Shown here: positions 15,517 through 24,386 of the stretch, piece after piece
Layout of the letters: each line of letters opens with the position of its first letter
Position numbering within the stretch: the first letter of the stretch is position 1
Notes under the pieces: model-generated
The model's database searches: none
Told to the model about the DNA's origin: nothing
Seen by the model: only the letters and a program-made list of their open reading frames with translations
Made by a program: the position numbers and the translations under genes
DNA from: Brevundimonas sp.
GTDB lineage: Bacteria > Pseudomonadota > Alphaproteobacteria > Caulobacterales > Caulobacteraceae
Assembly: GCF_018608325.1 (NCBI RefSeq)
Contig: NZ_JABAZW010000013.1
Coordinates: 8,009-72,008 of the forward strand
Length of the DNA: 64,000 nucleotides
Reading direction: 5' to 3'

Positions 15517-15881
15517 CCGCGTTCGACTACGCCAAAGCGGCGAGGACATCAGAGCGCCTGCTCCGGAAGTTCGGCGCGACCGGCGCGATCCGACGCACCA
15601 CCACTGAGGGTGGGTCATCATTCGACCCTGAAAGCGGCACCGAGGTCGTCACAGACCACCCAGCCATCATGGTCATCACCGCCTATTCCTCGCGGGACAT
15701 CGACGGCACGCGCATCCTGGCGACGGACCAGAAAGCCCTGCTTGAACCCGCGCTGGGCATTGAGCCCACAACCTCCGACTTGCTGGTCACCGCCGATGGG
15801 TCCACATTGACCATCGTCAACGTCGATGTGCTGAGGCCTTCGACCACGACGGTGTTGTGGAAGCTGCAGGTCAGGCGATGA
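15513..15881 (+). CDS. Head-tail joining protein (hypothetical)
   Basis: The ATG at 15513 overlaps the upstream stop (ATGA). The call rests on position. Confidence 0.5.
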   Translation: MTAFDYAKAARTSERLLRKFGATGAIRRTTTEGGSSFDPESGTEVVTDHPAIMVITAYSSRDIDGTRILATDQKALLEPALGIEPTTSDLLVTADGSTLTIVNVDVLRPSTTTVLWKLQVRR

Positions 15882-16084
15882 GCACGAAGAACTCGATGAT
15901 TCTGGCGACCGCCACTCTGCAGGACATCATCAGCAAGGGCGCAGCCATGAACGGCAGCGCTTTACGCGGAGACGGCGCGGAACGCCAACAGCCGATCCGT
16001 GAAGAAGCCCACGCCCTGCTTGACGCCTACCTCGACCACATGGCCGACGCTGGCACCCACGCAAGAGTACTGCTCAAGGACTGA
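15878..16084 (+). CDS. Hypothetical protein
   Basis: The ATG at 15878 overlaps the upstream stop (ATGA). Confidence 0.45.
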   Translation: MSTKNSMILATATLQDIISKGAAMNGSALRGDGAERQQPIREEAHALLDAYLDHMADAGTHARVLLKD

Positions 16085-16087
16085 TCC

Positions 16088-17128
16088 ATGGCCAGAACCC
16101 GTGCGACCCGGCAGGTCTATGCCGACCTGCTGGCTCGCTATGGGCAACAGGTCGCCGATGCATTCTTCGAAGCGCTCGACACGATCAGGTCAGGCGTCGA
16201 AATCCAGCGGGTCACAGCGGCCCTGGCGAATGGAGACATCGAGGGCGCCATTGAGGCCATGCACCTCGACCCGCAGGCCTTCAACGGCATCGCTGACAAG
16301 CTGAGAGACGCCTACTCCGAGGGTGGCAGGGTCACAGCGGAGTTCATGCCGAAGCGCCTGCCGAGCGGGGCCGCATTGGTCGTGCGGTTCGATGGCCGAA
16401 ACCTCGCCGCCGAGGCCTGGCTCTCTCGCCACTCGTCGGAACTGATCACCCGGATCACCACGGAGCAGGTCCAGTCGGTCAGGGCGGCGCTCACGGAATC
16501 CATGCGGCGGGGCGTGAACCCGCGTCAGGCCGCTCTTGAGATCGTCGGACGCATCAACCGGGTGACCGGCAAGCGCGAAGGCGGCATCCTCGGCCTCTCA
16601 GCGCCTCAGGAAGCCTATGTCCGCACCGCTCGGGACCAACTCGCCTCCGCCGACCCCGCAGGACTCAGGGCATATCTGACGCGCTCACGTAGAGACAAAC
16701 GCTTCGACCGATCGGTAACCAAGGCCATTCGTGAAGGAAAAGCGGTTGATCCTGAGATCGCCGCCAAAGCCGTCACCGCCTATGAGCGCCGCCTCCTGAA
16801 GCTGAGGGGCGAAACCGTCGGACGGGTCGAAGCGATGACCGCGCTCCAGCAAGCCAAGCACGAGGCCTACCGCCAAGCCATTGAGGCCGGGAAGCTGGAA
16901 GAAAACACCGTGACGAAGGTCTGGCGCTCCGCTGGCGACAACCGGGTCCGTCACACCCACGAGGCCCTGAACGCCGAGAGCGTCAGGATCAACGAGGCCT
17001 TCCAGAGCCCGTCAGGCGCCCTGCTCCGTTTCCCGATGGACACCAGCCTAGGCGCTGGACCGGAGGAGATTGTCGGATGTCGTTGTGATTGCGAGTATCG
17101 CATCGATTTCTACGCAAACCTCCGGTGA
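16088..17128 (+). CDS. Head morphogenesis protein (Mu F / SPP1 gp7 family)
   Basis: C-terminal signature WRSAGDNRVRHTHEALNAESVRINEAF..CRCDCEY. Confidence 0.85.
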   Translation: MARTRATRQVYADLLARYGQQVADAFFEALDTIRSGVEIQRVTAALANGDIEGAIEAMHLDPQAFNGIADKLRDAYSEGGRVTAEFMPKRLPSGAALVVRFDGRNLAAEAWLSRHSSELITRITTEQVQSVRAALTESMRRGVNPRQAALEIVGRINRVTGKREGGILGLSAPQEAYVRTARDQLASADPAGLRAYLTRSRRDKRFDRSVTKAIREGKAVDPEIAAKAVTAYERRLLKLRGETVGRVEAMTALQQAKHEAYRQAIEAGKLEENTVTKVWRSAGDNRVRHTHEALNAESVRINEAFQSPSGALLRFPMDTSLGAGPEEIVGCRCDCEYRIDFYANLR

Positions 17129-17131
17129 ACC

Positions 17132-17323
17132 ATGGACGAAGCTCGTATCCGCCAAATCGTACGTGAGGAGCTTCGGGCCGCTCTGGCGGAGCAACGCGGC
17201 GCCCCCGCGTTCGGACAAGCCTTACAGACAACACCAGACATAGGCGCTCCACGGTCACCTGATTGGGAGGAGCCCGCTCAAACAAACACGAACCCAAGAT
17301 TAGCTCGACGCTTTGAGAGGTGA
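17132..17323 (+). CDS. Hypothetical protein
   Basis: From the ORF track; fills a gap in the operon. Confidence 0.4.
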   Translation: MDEARIRQIVREELRAALAEQRGAPAFGQALQTTPDIGAPRSPDWEEPAQTNTNPRLARRFER

Positions 17324-17329
17324 TCCATC

Positions 17330-17779
17330 ATGGCCCAACGCTCGTTCTCCGCAACGGTCAGCGAGTGGGTGGCCAAGACCAAGCAGCGTCAGGAGGCGGT
17401 CTATAAGGGCAGCGCCCAAACCATCGTCTCGTATATGCAGACGACGCGGGCGGCCGGGGGAAATCTCCGGGTCGACACCGGCTTTCTCCGGGCCTCACTG
17501 GTCGCCACGACCGGCGCCATCCCTGCTGTCACCTTCAAGCCCGAAGGCATCGACCAGTTCTACTACGACTCCGGACCGATCAATTTGGTGATCAGCGGCG
17601 CGGCGATCACCGACCCCATCATCGTCGCCTACACCGCGAACTATGCCCGCGCCCGCGAGTACGGTGCCAGAGGTCAGCCGGGCGACCGCTGGGTAGGTCT
17701 CGCCGCTCAGCTCTGGGTCGGCGTCGTCCAAGCTGAATGCGCCAAGGCTCAGGCCTCCGTTGCTTCCCGTGGAGGGTGA
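17330..17779 (+). CDS. HK97 gp10-like tail/head completion protein
   Basis: N-terminus ..VSEWVAKTKQRQEAVYKGSAQTIVSYMQ..VDTGFLRASL, typical of the gp10 family. Position also fits. Confidence 0.65.
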   Translation: MAQRSFSATVSEWVAKTKQRQEAVYKGSAQTIVSYMQTTRAAGGNLRVDTGFLRASLVATTGAIPAVTFKPEGIDQFYYDSGPINLVISGAAITDPIIVAYTANYARAREYGARGQPGDRWVGLAAQLWVGVVQAECAKAQASVASRGG

Positions 17780-17782
17780 CCC

Positions 17783-18205
17783 ATGGCCGATCCCGCAATT
17801 GTCGCCCACCTGCTGCTGACGCGCTGTGAGGCGCTGAACGTCGGGACGCCGAAACTGCCGGTCGCCATGCCGGATGTGAAGTTCGTCCCTCCCGTGGACG
17901 CATCCAAGAACCCACTGCCCTACCTCCGCGTCGATCTCTTCGACAATCAACCCGTATGGCAGGGCCTCGCCTCCGGCCGCATCGACCAGGGCCTGCTCCA
18001 GATCATGATCGTCTGGCCCAAGGGCAAAGGCGTCGTCGCGCACCGCCGCGCCGCCAAGCAGGTCATGGATCACTTCGCCAAGGGCACACGACTGTTCGGT
18101 CCAGCCACCCGCATCACCGTGAACCGTGAGCCGGTGCTGGCCTCTCCGATCATGGGCGATGTCTCGACCGAGACGCCTGTGACGATCTTCTGGACTGCCG
18201 TTTAG
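17783..18205 (+). CDS. Tail terminator-like protein (DUF4128-like)
   Basis: Called from position before the tail tube gene and from size. Carries the motif PYLRVDLF..LLQIMIVWPKGKG. Confidence 0.55.
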   Translation: MADPAIVAHLLLTRCEALNVGTPKLPVAMPDVKFVPPVDASKNPLPYLRVDLFDNQPVWQGLASGRIDQGLLQIMIVWPKGKGVVAHRRAAKQVMDHFAKGTRLFGPATRITVNREPVLASPIMGDVSTETPVTIFWTAV

Positions 18206-18263
18206 GCGACCAGACGCCCTAGCCGAGATGGGCGCGGCTTCATCACAACTGAAGGAGCCTCCC

Positions 18264-18734
18264 ATGGCAGAAACCACTTCGGCCGGCACCATTGTGTCGA
18301 TCGGTCCCGTAACCAGCGCCGCGACCGAAACTGCACTCAAGGCGTTGACCTATGTCGTCGTCAACAGTGCCGAAAGCCTGGGCGAAATCGGACCTCAGGC
18401 GCAGGACGTGACGTTCACCCCGCTCGGCGGCGCAGACGTTCAGCACCTGAAGGGCGCGACCGATAACGGCGCCACGACCGTCACCTGCGCCCGCGATCCG
18501 CTCGATCCCGGCCAGCTCGCTCTCCGAGCCGCGTCCAAGACCAAGCTGCAATACGCCCTGAAGATCGAACTGGCCGACGCCGCTAAGGCCGGTGACAAGA
18601 ACACGATCATCTATGTCCGCGGTCCCGTGATGAGCGGACGCCTGAACGTCGGCGGGGCCAACGACGTGACGAAGGTCACGTACGCGGTGGGCAACAACGT
18701 CTTCATCGAAGTGCCCTCGACCACCACCCCCTAA
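18264..18734 (+). CDS. Major tail (tube) protein
   Basis: The ATG at 18264 follows GAAGGAG. It is a 156-aa Thr/Val/Gly-rich beta-type protein directly before the chaperone pair, and a terminator follows it. Confidence 0.7.
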   Translation: MAETTSAGTIVSIGPVTSAATETALKALTYVVVNSAESLGEIGPQAQDVTFTPLGGADVQHLKGATDNGATTVTCARDPLDPGQLALRAASKTKLQYALKIELADAAKAGDKNTIIYVRGPVMSGRLNVGGANDVTKVTYAVGNNVFIEVPSTTTP

Positions 18735-18753
18735 TCGTTTCCCCCAAACTCTA

Positions 18754-18782
18754 ACGGTCAGGTCGCGCCTGACCGTCCTTTT
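18754..18782 (+). terminator. Intrinsic terminator after the tail tube gene
   Basis: ACGGTCAGG-TCGCG-CCTGACCGT followed by CCTTTT. Confidence 0.7.
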
Positions 18783-18796
18783 GAAAGGACATCACC

Positions 18797-19240
18797 ATGT
18801 CGCTCGCCGCCCTGAACACCGCAGCAGCCGCCAATGAAGGCCGCGTTCTGACGGTCCTGCACCCAACCGAACGCACGCCTCTGGTGGGGCAGAACGGCAA
18901 ACCCGTCACTATCACCCTGCTCGGTCAGGACTCGGACATCTTCATCAAGGCTGAGAACGCCGCCCGCGCCCGCGCCATGGAGCACCTGTCGGAAGGCGGC
19001 AAGTTCTCGCCCGCCGCCTCCGATCTGCAAGCCTGCGAGGCGCTGGCTCGGTGCACTCTGGACTGGTCCAATATCCCCAAGGGATGGATCGACGGCACCG
19101 ACGACGAAACCCCCGCCAAGCACTCTCACGAAACCGCCGTGGCGCTGTATCAGAACCCTGGCGTGAAGTGGCTTCGGGACCAGACCGACAAGTTCATCGC
19201 GACCCGCTCGAATTTCTTGAAGGCCTCGCCGAAGACCTGA
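18797..19240 (+). CDS. Tail assembly chaperone (gpG-like)
   Basis: Sits between the tube and tape measure genes, at the expected size, with a -1 frame ORF overlapping its 3' end. Confidence 0.7.
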   Translation: MSLAALNTAAAANEGRVLTVLHPTERTPLVGQNGKPVTITLLGQDSDIFIKAENAARARAMEHLSEGGKFSPAASDLQACEALARCTLDWSNIPKGWIDGTDDETPAKHSHETAVALYQNPGVKWLRDQTDKFIATRSNFLKASPKT

Positions 19241-19590
19241 TCCGCTTCGCCGAGGCCGTTCACCGGAAGGGCGCGAAACCGCCCTTCCCGCCTATGCCTG
19301 GGGCTCTAAGCTTCGTCTGGCTGGCGTTCGTGGATCTCGCCGGAACCCGCGAAGTCGGCATGGCAATGGGACCGATCAGCTTTCGCGAGATCGAGGCCTA
19401 TCAGGGCCAAACGCATGCCCATCTTACAGCTTGGGAAGTGAAGCTGATCCGTCGCCTGGATGCGGCGGTCAGGGTGGCCATGACCACCACGGCCCAGCCT
19501 CAGGGGGTTTCACTCAAGGACACGGACGGCTTGAAGGCCTTGTTCAAGGGCATGGCCGCCCGGAGGGTTAAAGCGGACAGTCCCGCTTAA
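19051..19590 (+). CDS. -1 frame ORF overlapping the end of the chaperone gene; probably the gpGT-like frameshift extension (only the part after ~19210 is likely translated)
   Basis: The frame is -1 relative to 18797-19240. The first internal ATG (19294) has no SD. The C-terminal part (..ISFREIEAYQGQTHAHLTAWEVKLIRRLDAAV..) looks protein-like. Confidence 0.45.
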   Translation: MHSGLVQYPQGMDRRHRRRNPRQALSRNRRGAVSEPWREVASGPDRQVHRDPLEFLEGLAEDLIRFAEAVHRKGAKPPFPPMPGALSFVWLAFVDLAGTREVGMAMGPISFREIEAYQGQTHAHLTAWEVKLIRRLDAAVRVAMTTTAQPQGVSLKDTDGLKALFKGMAARRVKADSPA

Positions 19591-19611
19591 GCCTCCCCTT
19601 TTTCCGGCTCT

Positions 19612-19902
19612 CTACCTCGGCGTTTCTAGGGACGTGTCTTCGAAATCGCAGTTCCCGCATTTGCGCGTGACGTCTTTGGCACCCAAGCGCCCAAAACGGC
19701 CCGTTGAGGCCACTGACCTAGTCACGCGAAACTCAGGCGCTCCGCAGGATGGACAGGGCGCCCCTTGAGCTTTGGCTGGCCTCCCCTCCAGCTCAGCCAA
19801 GCGTCGTTCTAACTGGTCCACTCTATCCGGCAGCTCTTGTAGTCGCCGCCAGACCGGAATTTTATCCAATAAGGCAAGGAGATCGCCTGTGAGCGAAGCC
19901 AT
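19612..19902 (-). CDS. Coiled-coil plus zinc-ribbon protein (moron, antisense to the tail operon)
   Basis: From the ORF track. Contains LQELPDRVDQLERRLAELE followed by CPSCG..(22 aa)..CGNC. Confidence 0.5.
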   Translation of the reverse strand: MASLTGDLLALLDKIPVWRRLQELPDRVDQLERRLAELEGRPAKAQGAPCPSCGAPEFRVTRSVASTGRFGRLGAKDVTRKCGNCDFEDTSLETPR

Positions 19903-20101
19903 TCAGATTTCCCCGTTTCATCATAGCCAAAGCGGCATGACTCGATATCCGCCGAACGTGGAGCAACTGACGGTGGAAAAACAAGGGTCGTTCTGGATTC
20001 TGACCGCGCGGCGAAACGACGTTACCCTTCGTTTTCCACTGGACGAAACAGATCGGACGAAACTTGCCGCCCTGCTGTCCGATCATGGCGAGGCGTCATG
20101 A
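19889..20101 (+). CDS. Small hypothetical protein (moron)
   Basis: The GTG at 19889 lies 6 nt after AAGGAGA (19876-19882). The ORF-track start at 19772 is antisense to the previous gene. An alternative ATG is at 19937. Confidence 0.4.
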   Translation: MSEAIQISPFHHSQSGMTRYPPNVEQLTVEKQGSFWILTARRNDVTLRFPLDETDRTKLAALLSDHGEAS

Positions 20102-20169
20102 GCCTGTGCCCCTCGGCGTGACGGATCAACGTGACCGTGCCACCTTCCCGCCCCTTAATGGAGGGCGAT

Positions 20170-20520
20170 ATGTGGATTCGAGGATTGATTGTGGGTCTTG
20201 GGGTCGTGGCGCTGGGAAGTTGCACTCGAGAGGGCAATGCCGAGGTCAGCGCTGAGGCAGTGGTGCGCGCCTCACTTCGGGACCCGGATTCCGCAAAATT
20301 CAGCGACGTCACCGCGCACAGGAGCCCAGTGGGGACGGGAGCGTCACCGGCTCCCATTCAGGTTTGCGGCACAGTGAATTCGCGAAATGGTTTCGGCGGC
20401 TACGTCGGCCCCCGGCGGTTTATCGTCACCGATGGCACGGGTGTAGCGATCATCGACCCAGCCGGTGACGGCGGAAACGAAGTGTTTGAGGCTCTGTGGG
20501 CAAGCCACTGCATCAAATGA
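20170..20520 (+). CDS. Lipoprotein (moron)
   Basis: The ATG at 20170 follows GGAGGG. The signal and lipobox read MWIRGLIVGLGVVALGS-C. The mature domain has the RDPDSAKFSDV..VCGTVNSRNGFGGY motif seen in small bacterial lipoproteins. Confidence 0.7.
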   Translation: MWIRGLIVGLGVVALGSCTREGNAEVSAEAVVRASLRDPDSAKFSDVTAHRSPVGTGASPAPIQVCGTVNSRNGFGGYVGPRRFIVTDGTGVAIIDPAGDGGNEVFEALWASHCIK

Positions 20521-20550
20521 CTCTCAGCGCCCCCTCCACTTGACCAACCA

Positions 20551-20578
20551 AGGCTCGCTTCGGCGGGCCTTTTTCTTT
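20551..20578 (+). terminator. Intrinsic terminator (UUCG tetraloop), copy 1 of a duplicated hairpin
   Basis: AGGCTCGC-TTCG-GCGGGCCT followed by TTTTCTTT. It ends 10 nt before the tape measure ATG. Confidence 0.7.
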
Positions 20579-20588
20579 GGAGGTCACC

Positions 20589-23500
20589 ATGGGTGATCTG
20601 GCAGTCCTTGGCCTTCGCATCGAGAGCCAAGAGGTTGAAGCGGCGAACCGTCGCCTCGACAGCTTCACGAGCTCGGCAGACGGCGCCCAAAGGGCAACCG
20701 ATCTCTTGGGAACAGGATCGGACAAAGCTCACAGCGCGATTGCGCAGTTGATGGCCTCCATCGATCGCACCACCAAGGAAATGCTGGAGCTCCAGCGGGC
20801 CCAGCGACTGGCCACCGGGGCAGCAGCGGATCAAACGGGTGCGACCGCTGCTCTGACCAAGGCGACAGCCGACCTCAACGCCCAGATGGCCCAAGCATCA
20901 ACCTCGCACCTGCGGTTCGGCTCTTCGTTCAAGACGACGCAGGATGGGATGGGGGGCGCTGCCGCTGCAGCCGGGAACTTCGGCAACGCCATCGAACAAG
21001 CCGACGCTCATGTTGCAGCGTACCTAGCCAGCATGGCCTCGGGGGACAAAACCCACAAGTCCGCCGCTAAGTCCCAGGCTGAAGTCACCAAAGGAGCGAA
21101 AGACCTCGGAGCGGCTCTTGGCCGAATGGCCGGTGACGCCGTGACGGGGCGAGCATCACTAGATGGCCTGGCCACCAATGGTGAGCGCGCTGGTCGGGCG
21201 CTATGGAGCATGGGTGGACGCGCCGCTCTGCTTGGCGGAATTCTGACCGGCGTAATCGTTACAGTAGGATTGCTCGCCAAAGCATTCCGCGATGGCGAAC
21301 GAGACTCCAATAAGTTCGCCAATGCCATTGCCATCACAGGCAACTACGCCGGCATCACCACGGCCCAGTACGAGACCATGGTGAAGGCTGTGCAGGGCGG
21401 CGCAAACAGCGGATTTGGTACGGCTAGGCAGACTCTTTTGGGGTTGGTTTCAACTGGCAAGTTCACCAGCGAGACGATTCAATACCTCAGCCAGGACATC
21501 ATCAAACTCGCGCGCTTCACAGGCCAGTCAACGACCCAAATGTCCGGCTATTTTGCTGAAATGGGCGACAAGGTCGGAGACTTCGCCGTAAAATTTAACA
21601 GCAGCTACCACATGCTCACGCTGGCACAGATTGAGCACATCCAGTTGCTCGAAAGCCAGGGCAAGACGACAGAGGCGCGGCTTGAACTGGCTATCGCCAT
21701 TCACAAGAGGCTCGGTGAGATCGGCCCCGAGAATCTTGGCTATCTTGAGCGGGCCTGGAGAGGCGTAGGCAGCGCGATTTCGTGGGCCTGGGAGCAACTA
21801 AAGGGCTTCGGTCGTGATTCTGGGATTGAAGCTCAAATTGACCGGATAAACGGGGCTCTCGCTGCAAACGAAAAGAAGATCGGCGTTTCGCCTGCTTTTA
21901 CCCAGAGGCTATTAGCCGAGAGGGCCGCGCTGCAGGCAACACTGGACCAAAACAAAGCCGCCAGCGACACGGCCCGCGTCCAGCAGGAGGGCGTTGACGC
22001 AGCGGAGCGCCTACGGACGACTTGGGCCGGCATGGGCGACAACGTCGCTCGGGCGCGCACTGAAATCGCCAAGTACCGCGCTGACATTGATGCCGTCCGG
22101 CAAGCCAATCCCAACAGCCACAACATTCCGTCTGCCGCTCAACAGGCGGCAGCTGAAGCGGCGATCATGAAGAAATACACCCCCGAAGCCACCGCGGCGG
22201 CAAACAGGGCAGCTAGCGCCGCCCGAAGCGCTGCTGCTGCGGCAGAGCGTCGAGCTGAGTCCTTGGCGCGCGAACTAGAAGGAATGAGGCAGACCGCACG
22301 GGCCAACCATGATCTTGCCGCAGCCTATGGCGTTTCCGATGTCGAGGCGCTGAAGGCTGCTGCTTCAGCAGAGGCAGTAGGCCGTGCCATCAGGCGCCAG
22401 GGAGAGGTCTCGGCCTTTGTGGCGGCCCAGCTTGAGTTGAACGCCTCCAAGCTGGCGGCATCATCGGCGCAACAGGCATCAGATCTTCGGTTCGCCGCCG
22501 AGGGCCAGGAGCGCATGAACGCGGCAGTCGCCGCTGGTACGACCACGACGCAGGAAGCCACTGAGCTACTTTCTCTGGAGGCGCACCTACGCCCGTTGAT
22601 AGCGGCTGCTGCTGCCGTCGAGGGAGGTGCCAAGGCCGACCTGCTCCGCCAGATCGAGGCTGTAACGGCCGCGACGAAGCGGATGAATGCTGCGACGCGC
22701 GAAGCGTCGATCATCCAGGCTCAAACCAACAACCGCGACCGCCTCACCGTCCTGCAGTTGGAACGAGACCTCGTCGGCGCCAATAACATCGAGCGCGCCC
22801 GCCAACTAGCGATGCTGGAAGAAGAAATCCGGCTCAGGAACCAATACGGCAAGGACTTCATCAACTCGTCGAAAGGCCAAGGCCTGATCAACGATGCGGG
22901 CAACAACGCCGCATTCGGAGAGCAGACCCAGCGTGACGTGGCTCGGTATAATCTCGCCCTGGTGGAGCAACTCGATCTGCTGCGCCAGATCGACGACCAG
23001 ACCCGCAGCGCCGCTCAGGGCATGGCCGATTCCTTCGGCAGCGCAGGGCGAGCTGTAGGAGATTTGGCCGTCTCGATGACCTCCTACCAATCACGGCTAG
23101 AGGAAATCCGGGTCGCCCGTGAACAGATGTCGCGCGAAGGCACGCTGAACAGCCAGCGCGAGGCGATGTTCGCCCGCGACGCAGCGCAAGCCCAGATTCA
23201 GTCCTACGGCGACATGATGGGCGCGGCGAAAGGCTTCTTCCGAGAAGGCTCCGATGGATTCAAAATCCTGCAGGCCGCCGAGCAGGGCTACCGCATCTTC
23301 CAGTTCGCAATGGCCCTGCAATCCATGGCGCTCACCGGACAAGAGACCGCCTTCACCGTAGGGCAGAACCTGATCCGGTCGGCCAGCCACGGGGTTGTCG
23401 CTGTTGCTCGTGCACTGGCCTCCCTTCCCTTCCCGCTGAACCTCGCCGCTGGCGCCGCAACCGTCGCCGCTCTGGCGGCCATCGGCGTCAAGATCGCGGG

Positions 23501-23789
23501 CAAGTCGGGTGGAGGTGGAGCAGGCACGAATGCCGTCGAAGACTCGGTCAGCACAGCTCAGGGCTACGCCGAAACCGCCGACCAAGCCCGAGCCAGCGCG
23601 GCTCAGGCTGTGGCCACTCAGGTCAAGGTCCAGATCGAACTGAACGACCCGATGTTCAAGGCGCGGGTCCAGCAGGAAGCTGTTGGCGTCGCCGCCCCCA
23701 TGGTCGCCGCTGCCGCTGCTGGAACCAAACGCGACGTGATGGACACCTTGAAGAACCAGCAAGTCGGTAACCGGAGGGCTATGGTCTGA
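20589..23789 (+). CDS. Tail tape measure protein
   Basis: 1066 aa, Ala/Gln/Arg-rich and helical, with an internal hydrophobic segment, in the canonical position. The ATG at 20589 follows GGAGG. Confidence 0.9.
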   Translation: MGDLAVLGLRIESQEVEAANRRLDSFTSSADGAQRATDLLGTGSDKAHSAIAQLMASIDRTTKEMLELQRAQRLATGAAADQTGATAALTKATADLNAQMAQASTSHLRFGSSFKTTQDGMGGAAAAAGNFGNAIEQADAHVAAYLASMASGDKTHKSAAKSQAEVTKGAKDLGAALGRMAGDAVTGRASLDGLATNGERAGRALWSMGGRAALLGGILTGVIVTVGLLAKAFRDGERDSNKFANAIAITGNYAGITTAQYETMVKAVQGGANSGFGTARQTLLGLVSTGKFTSETIQYLSQDIIKLARFTGQSTTQMSGYFAEMGDKVGDFAVKFNSSYHMLTLAQIEHIQLLESQGKTTEARLELAIAIHKRLGEIGPENLGYLERAWRGVGSAISWAWEQLKGFGRDSGIEAQIDRINGALAANEKKIGVSPAFTQRLLAERAALQATLDQNKAASDTARVQQEGVDAAERLRTTWAGMGDNVARARTEIAKYRADIDAVRQANPNSHNIPSAAQQAAAEAAIMKKYTPEATAAANRAASAARSAAAAAERRAESLARELEGMRQTARANHDLAAAYGVSDVEALKAAASAEAVGRAIRRQGEVSAFVAAQLELNASKLAASSAQQASDLRFAAEGQERMNAAVAAGTTTTQEATELLSLEAHLRPLIAAAAAVEGGAKADLLRQIEAVTAATKRMNAATREASIIQAQTNNRDRLTVLQLERDLVGANNIERARQLAMLEEEIRLRNQYGKDFINSSKGQGLINDAGNNAAFGEQTQRDVARYNLALVEQLDLLRQIDDQTRSAAQGMADSFGSAGRAVGDLAVSMTSYQSRLEEIRVAREQMSREGTLNSQREAMFARDAAQAQIQSYGDMMGAAKGFFREGSDGFKILQAAEQGYRIFQFAMALQSMALTGQETAFTVGQNLIRSASHGVVAVARALASLPFPLNLAAGAATVAALAAIGVKIAGKSGGGGAGTNAVEDSVSTAQGYAETADQARASAAQAVATQVKVQIELNDPMFKARVQQEAVGVAAPMVAAAAAGTKRDVMDTLKNQQVGNRRAMV

Positions 23790-24382
23790 TGCCAATCCAA
23801 CTCCCCGCCTCCCCTGAACCGTGCGCGCCGTACACCCCTCCCTGCGTCGTCGCCTTGAGCAATGACGTGACCAGCCTGATCGGGGGGAACCGGCAGAAGA
23901 ACCGGCGCAAGGGCGACCACTACGCCGTGGACTTCACCCTGCCGCCGATGAACCACGACGAGGCTCGCGAATGGCGCTCTCTCATGAGCGCTGGCGACAC
24001 GGTCGTGATGAAGGTTCCGCAGCCAGGCATCGGGACCGGCACGCCGGGATCGCCCCGCATCAACGGCGGCAACCAACTCGGCGACACCCTGAACCTGAAG
24101 GGCCTGACGCCCAGCTACGTCCTGCGCAAAGGCCAGATGATCACCATCGTGACCTCCGGCCGGAAATGGCTCTATGGCGTCGAGGCTCAGGCCACCGCCA
24201 ACGCCTCGGGTCAGACCTCTGTGAAGCTGGAGGTGATGATCCGCACCCTCCACGCCGACAACGACACGGTGCTGATCGCAGAGCCCGAGATTGAGGGGTT
24301 CGCCACCTTCAGTGACGACACCTTCAAGCTGGACGACAACGGCTATTGTCAACCGTCGTTTATGATCGAGGAGCGGGGCTGA
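23789..24382 (+). CDS. Distal tail protein (minor tail protein)
   Basis: The start overlaps the tape measure stop (ATGA). Called from position and size. Confidence 0.6.
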   Translation: MPIQLPASPEPCAPYTPPCVVALSNDVTSLIGGNRQKNRRKGDHYAVDFTLPPMNHDEAREWRSLMSAGDTVVMKVPQPGIGTGTPGSPRINGGNQLGDTLNLKGLTPSYVLRKGQMITIVTSGRKWLYGVEAQATANASGQTSVKLEVMIRTLHADNDTVLIAEPEIEGFATFSDDTFKLDDNGYCQPSFMIEERG

Positions 24383-24386
24383 GACG

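Noticed and set aside
20577-20588. A TTG start for the tape measure protein (ORF-track start 20577).
   Set aside because: It lies within the terminator's T-tract and the SD region. The ATG at 20589, preceded by GGAGG, is the credible start.
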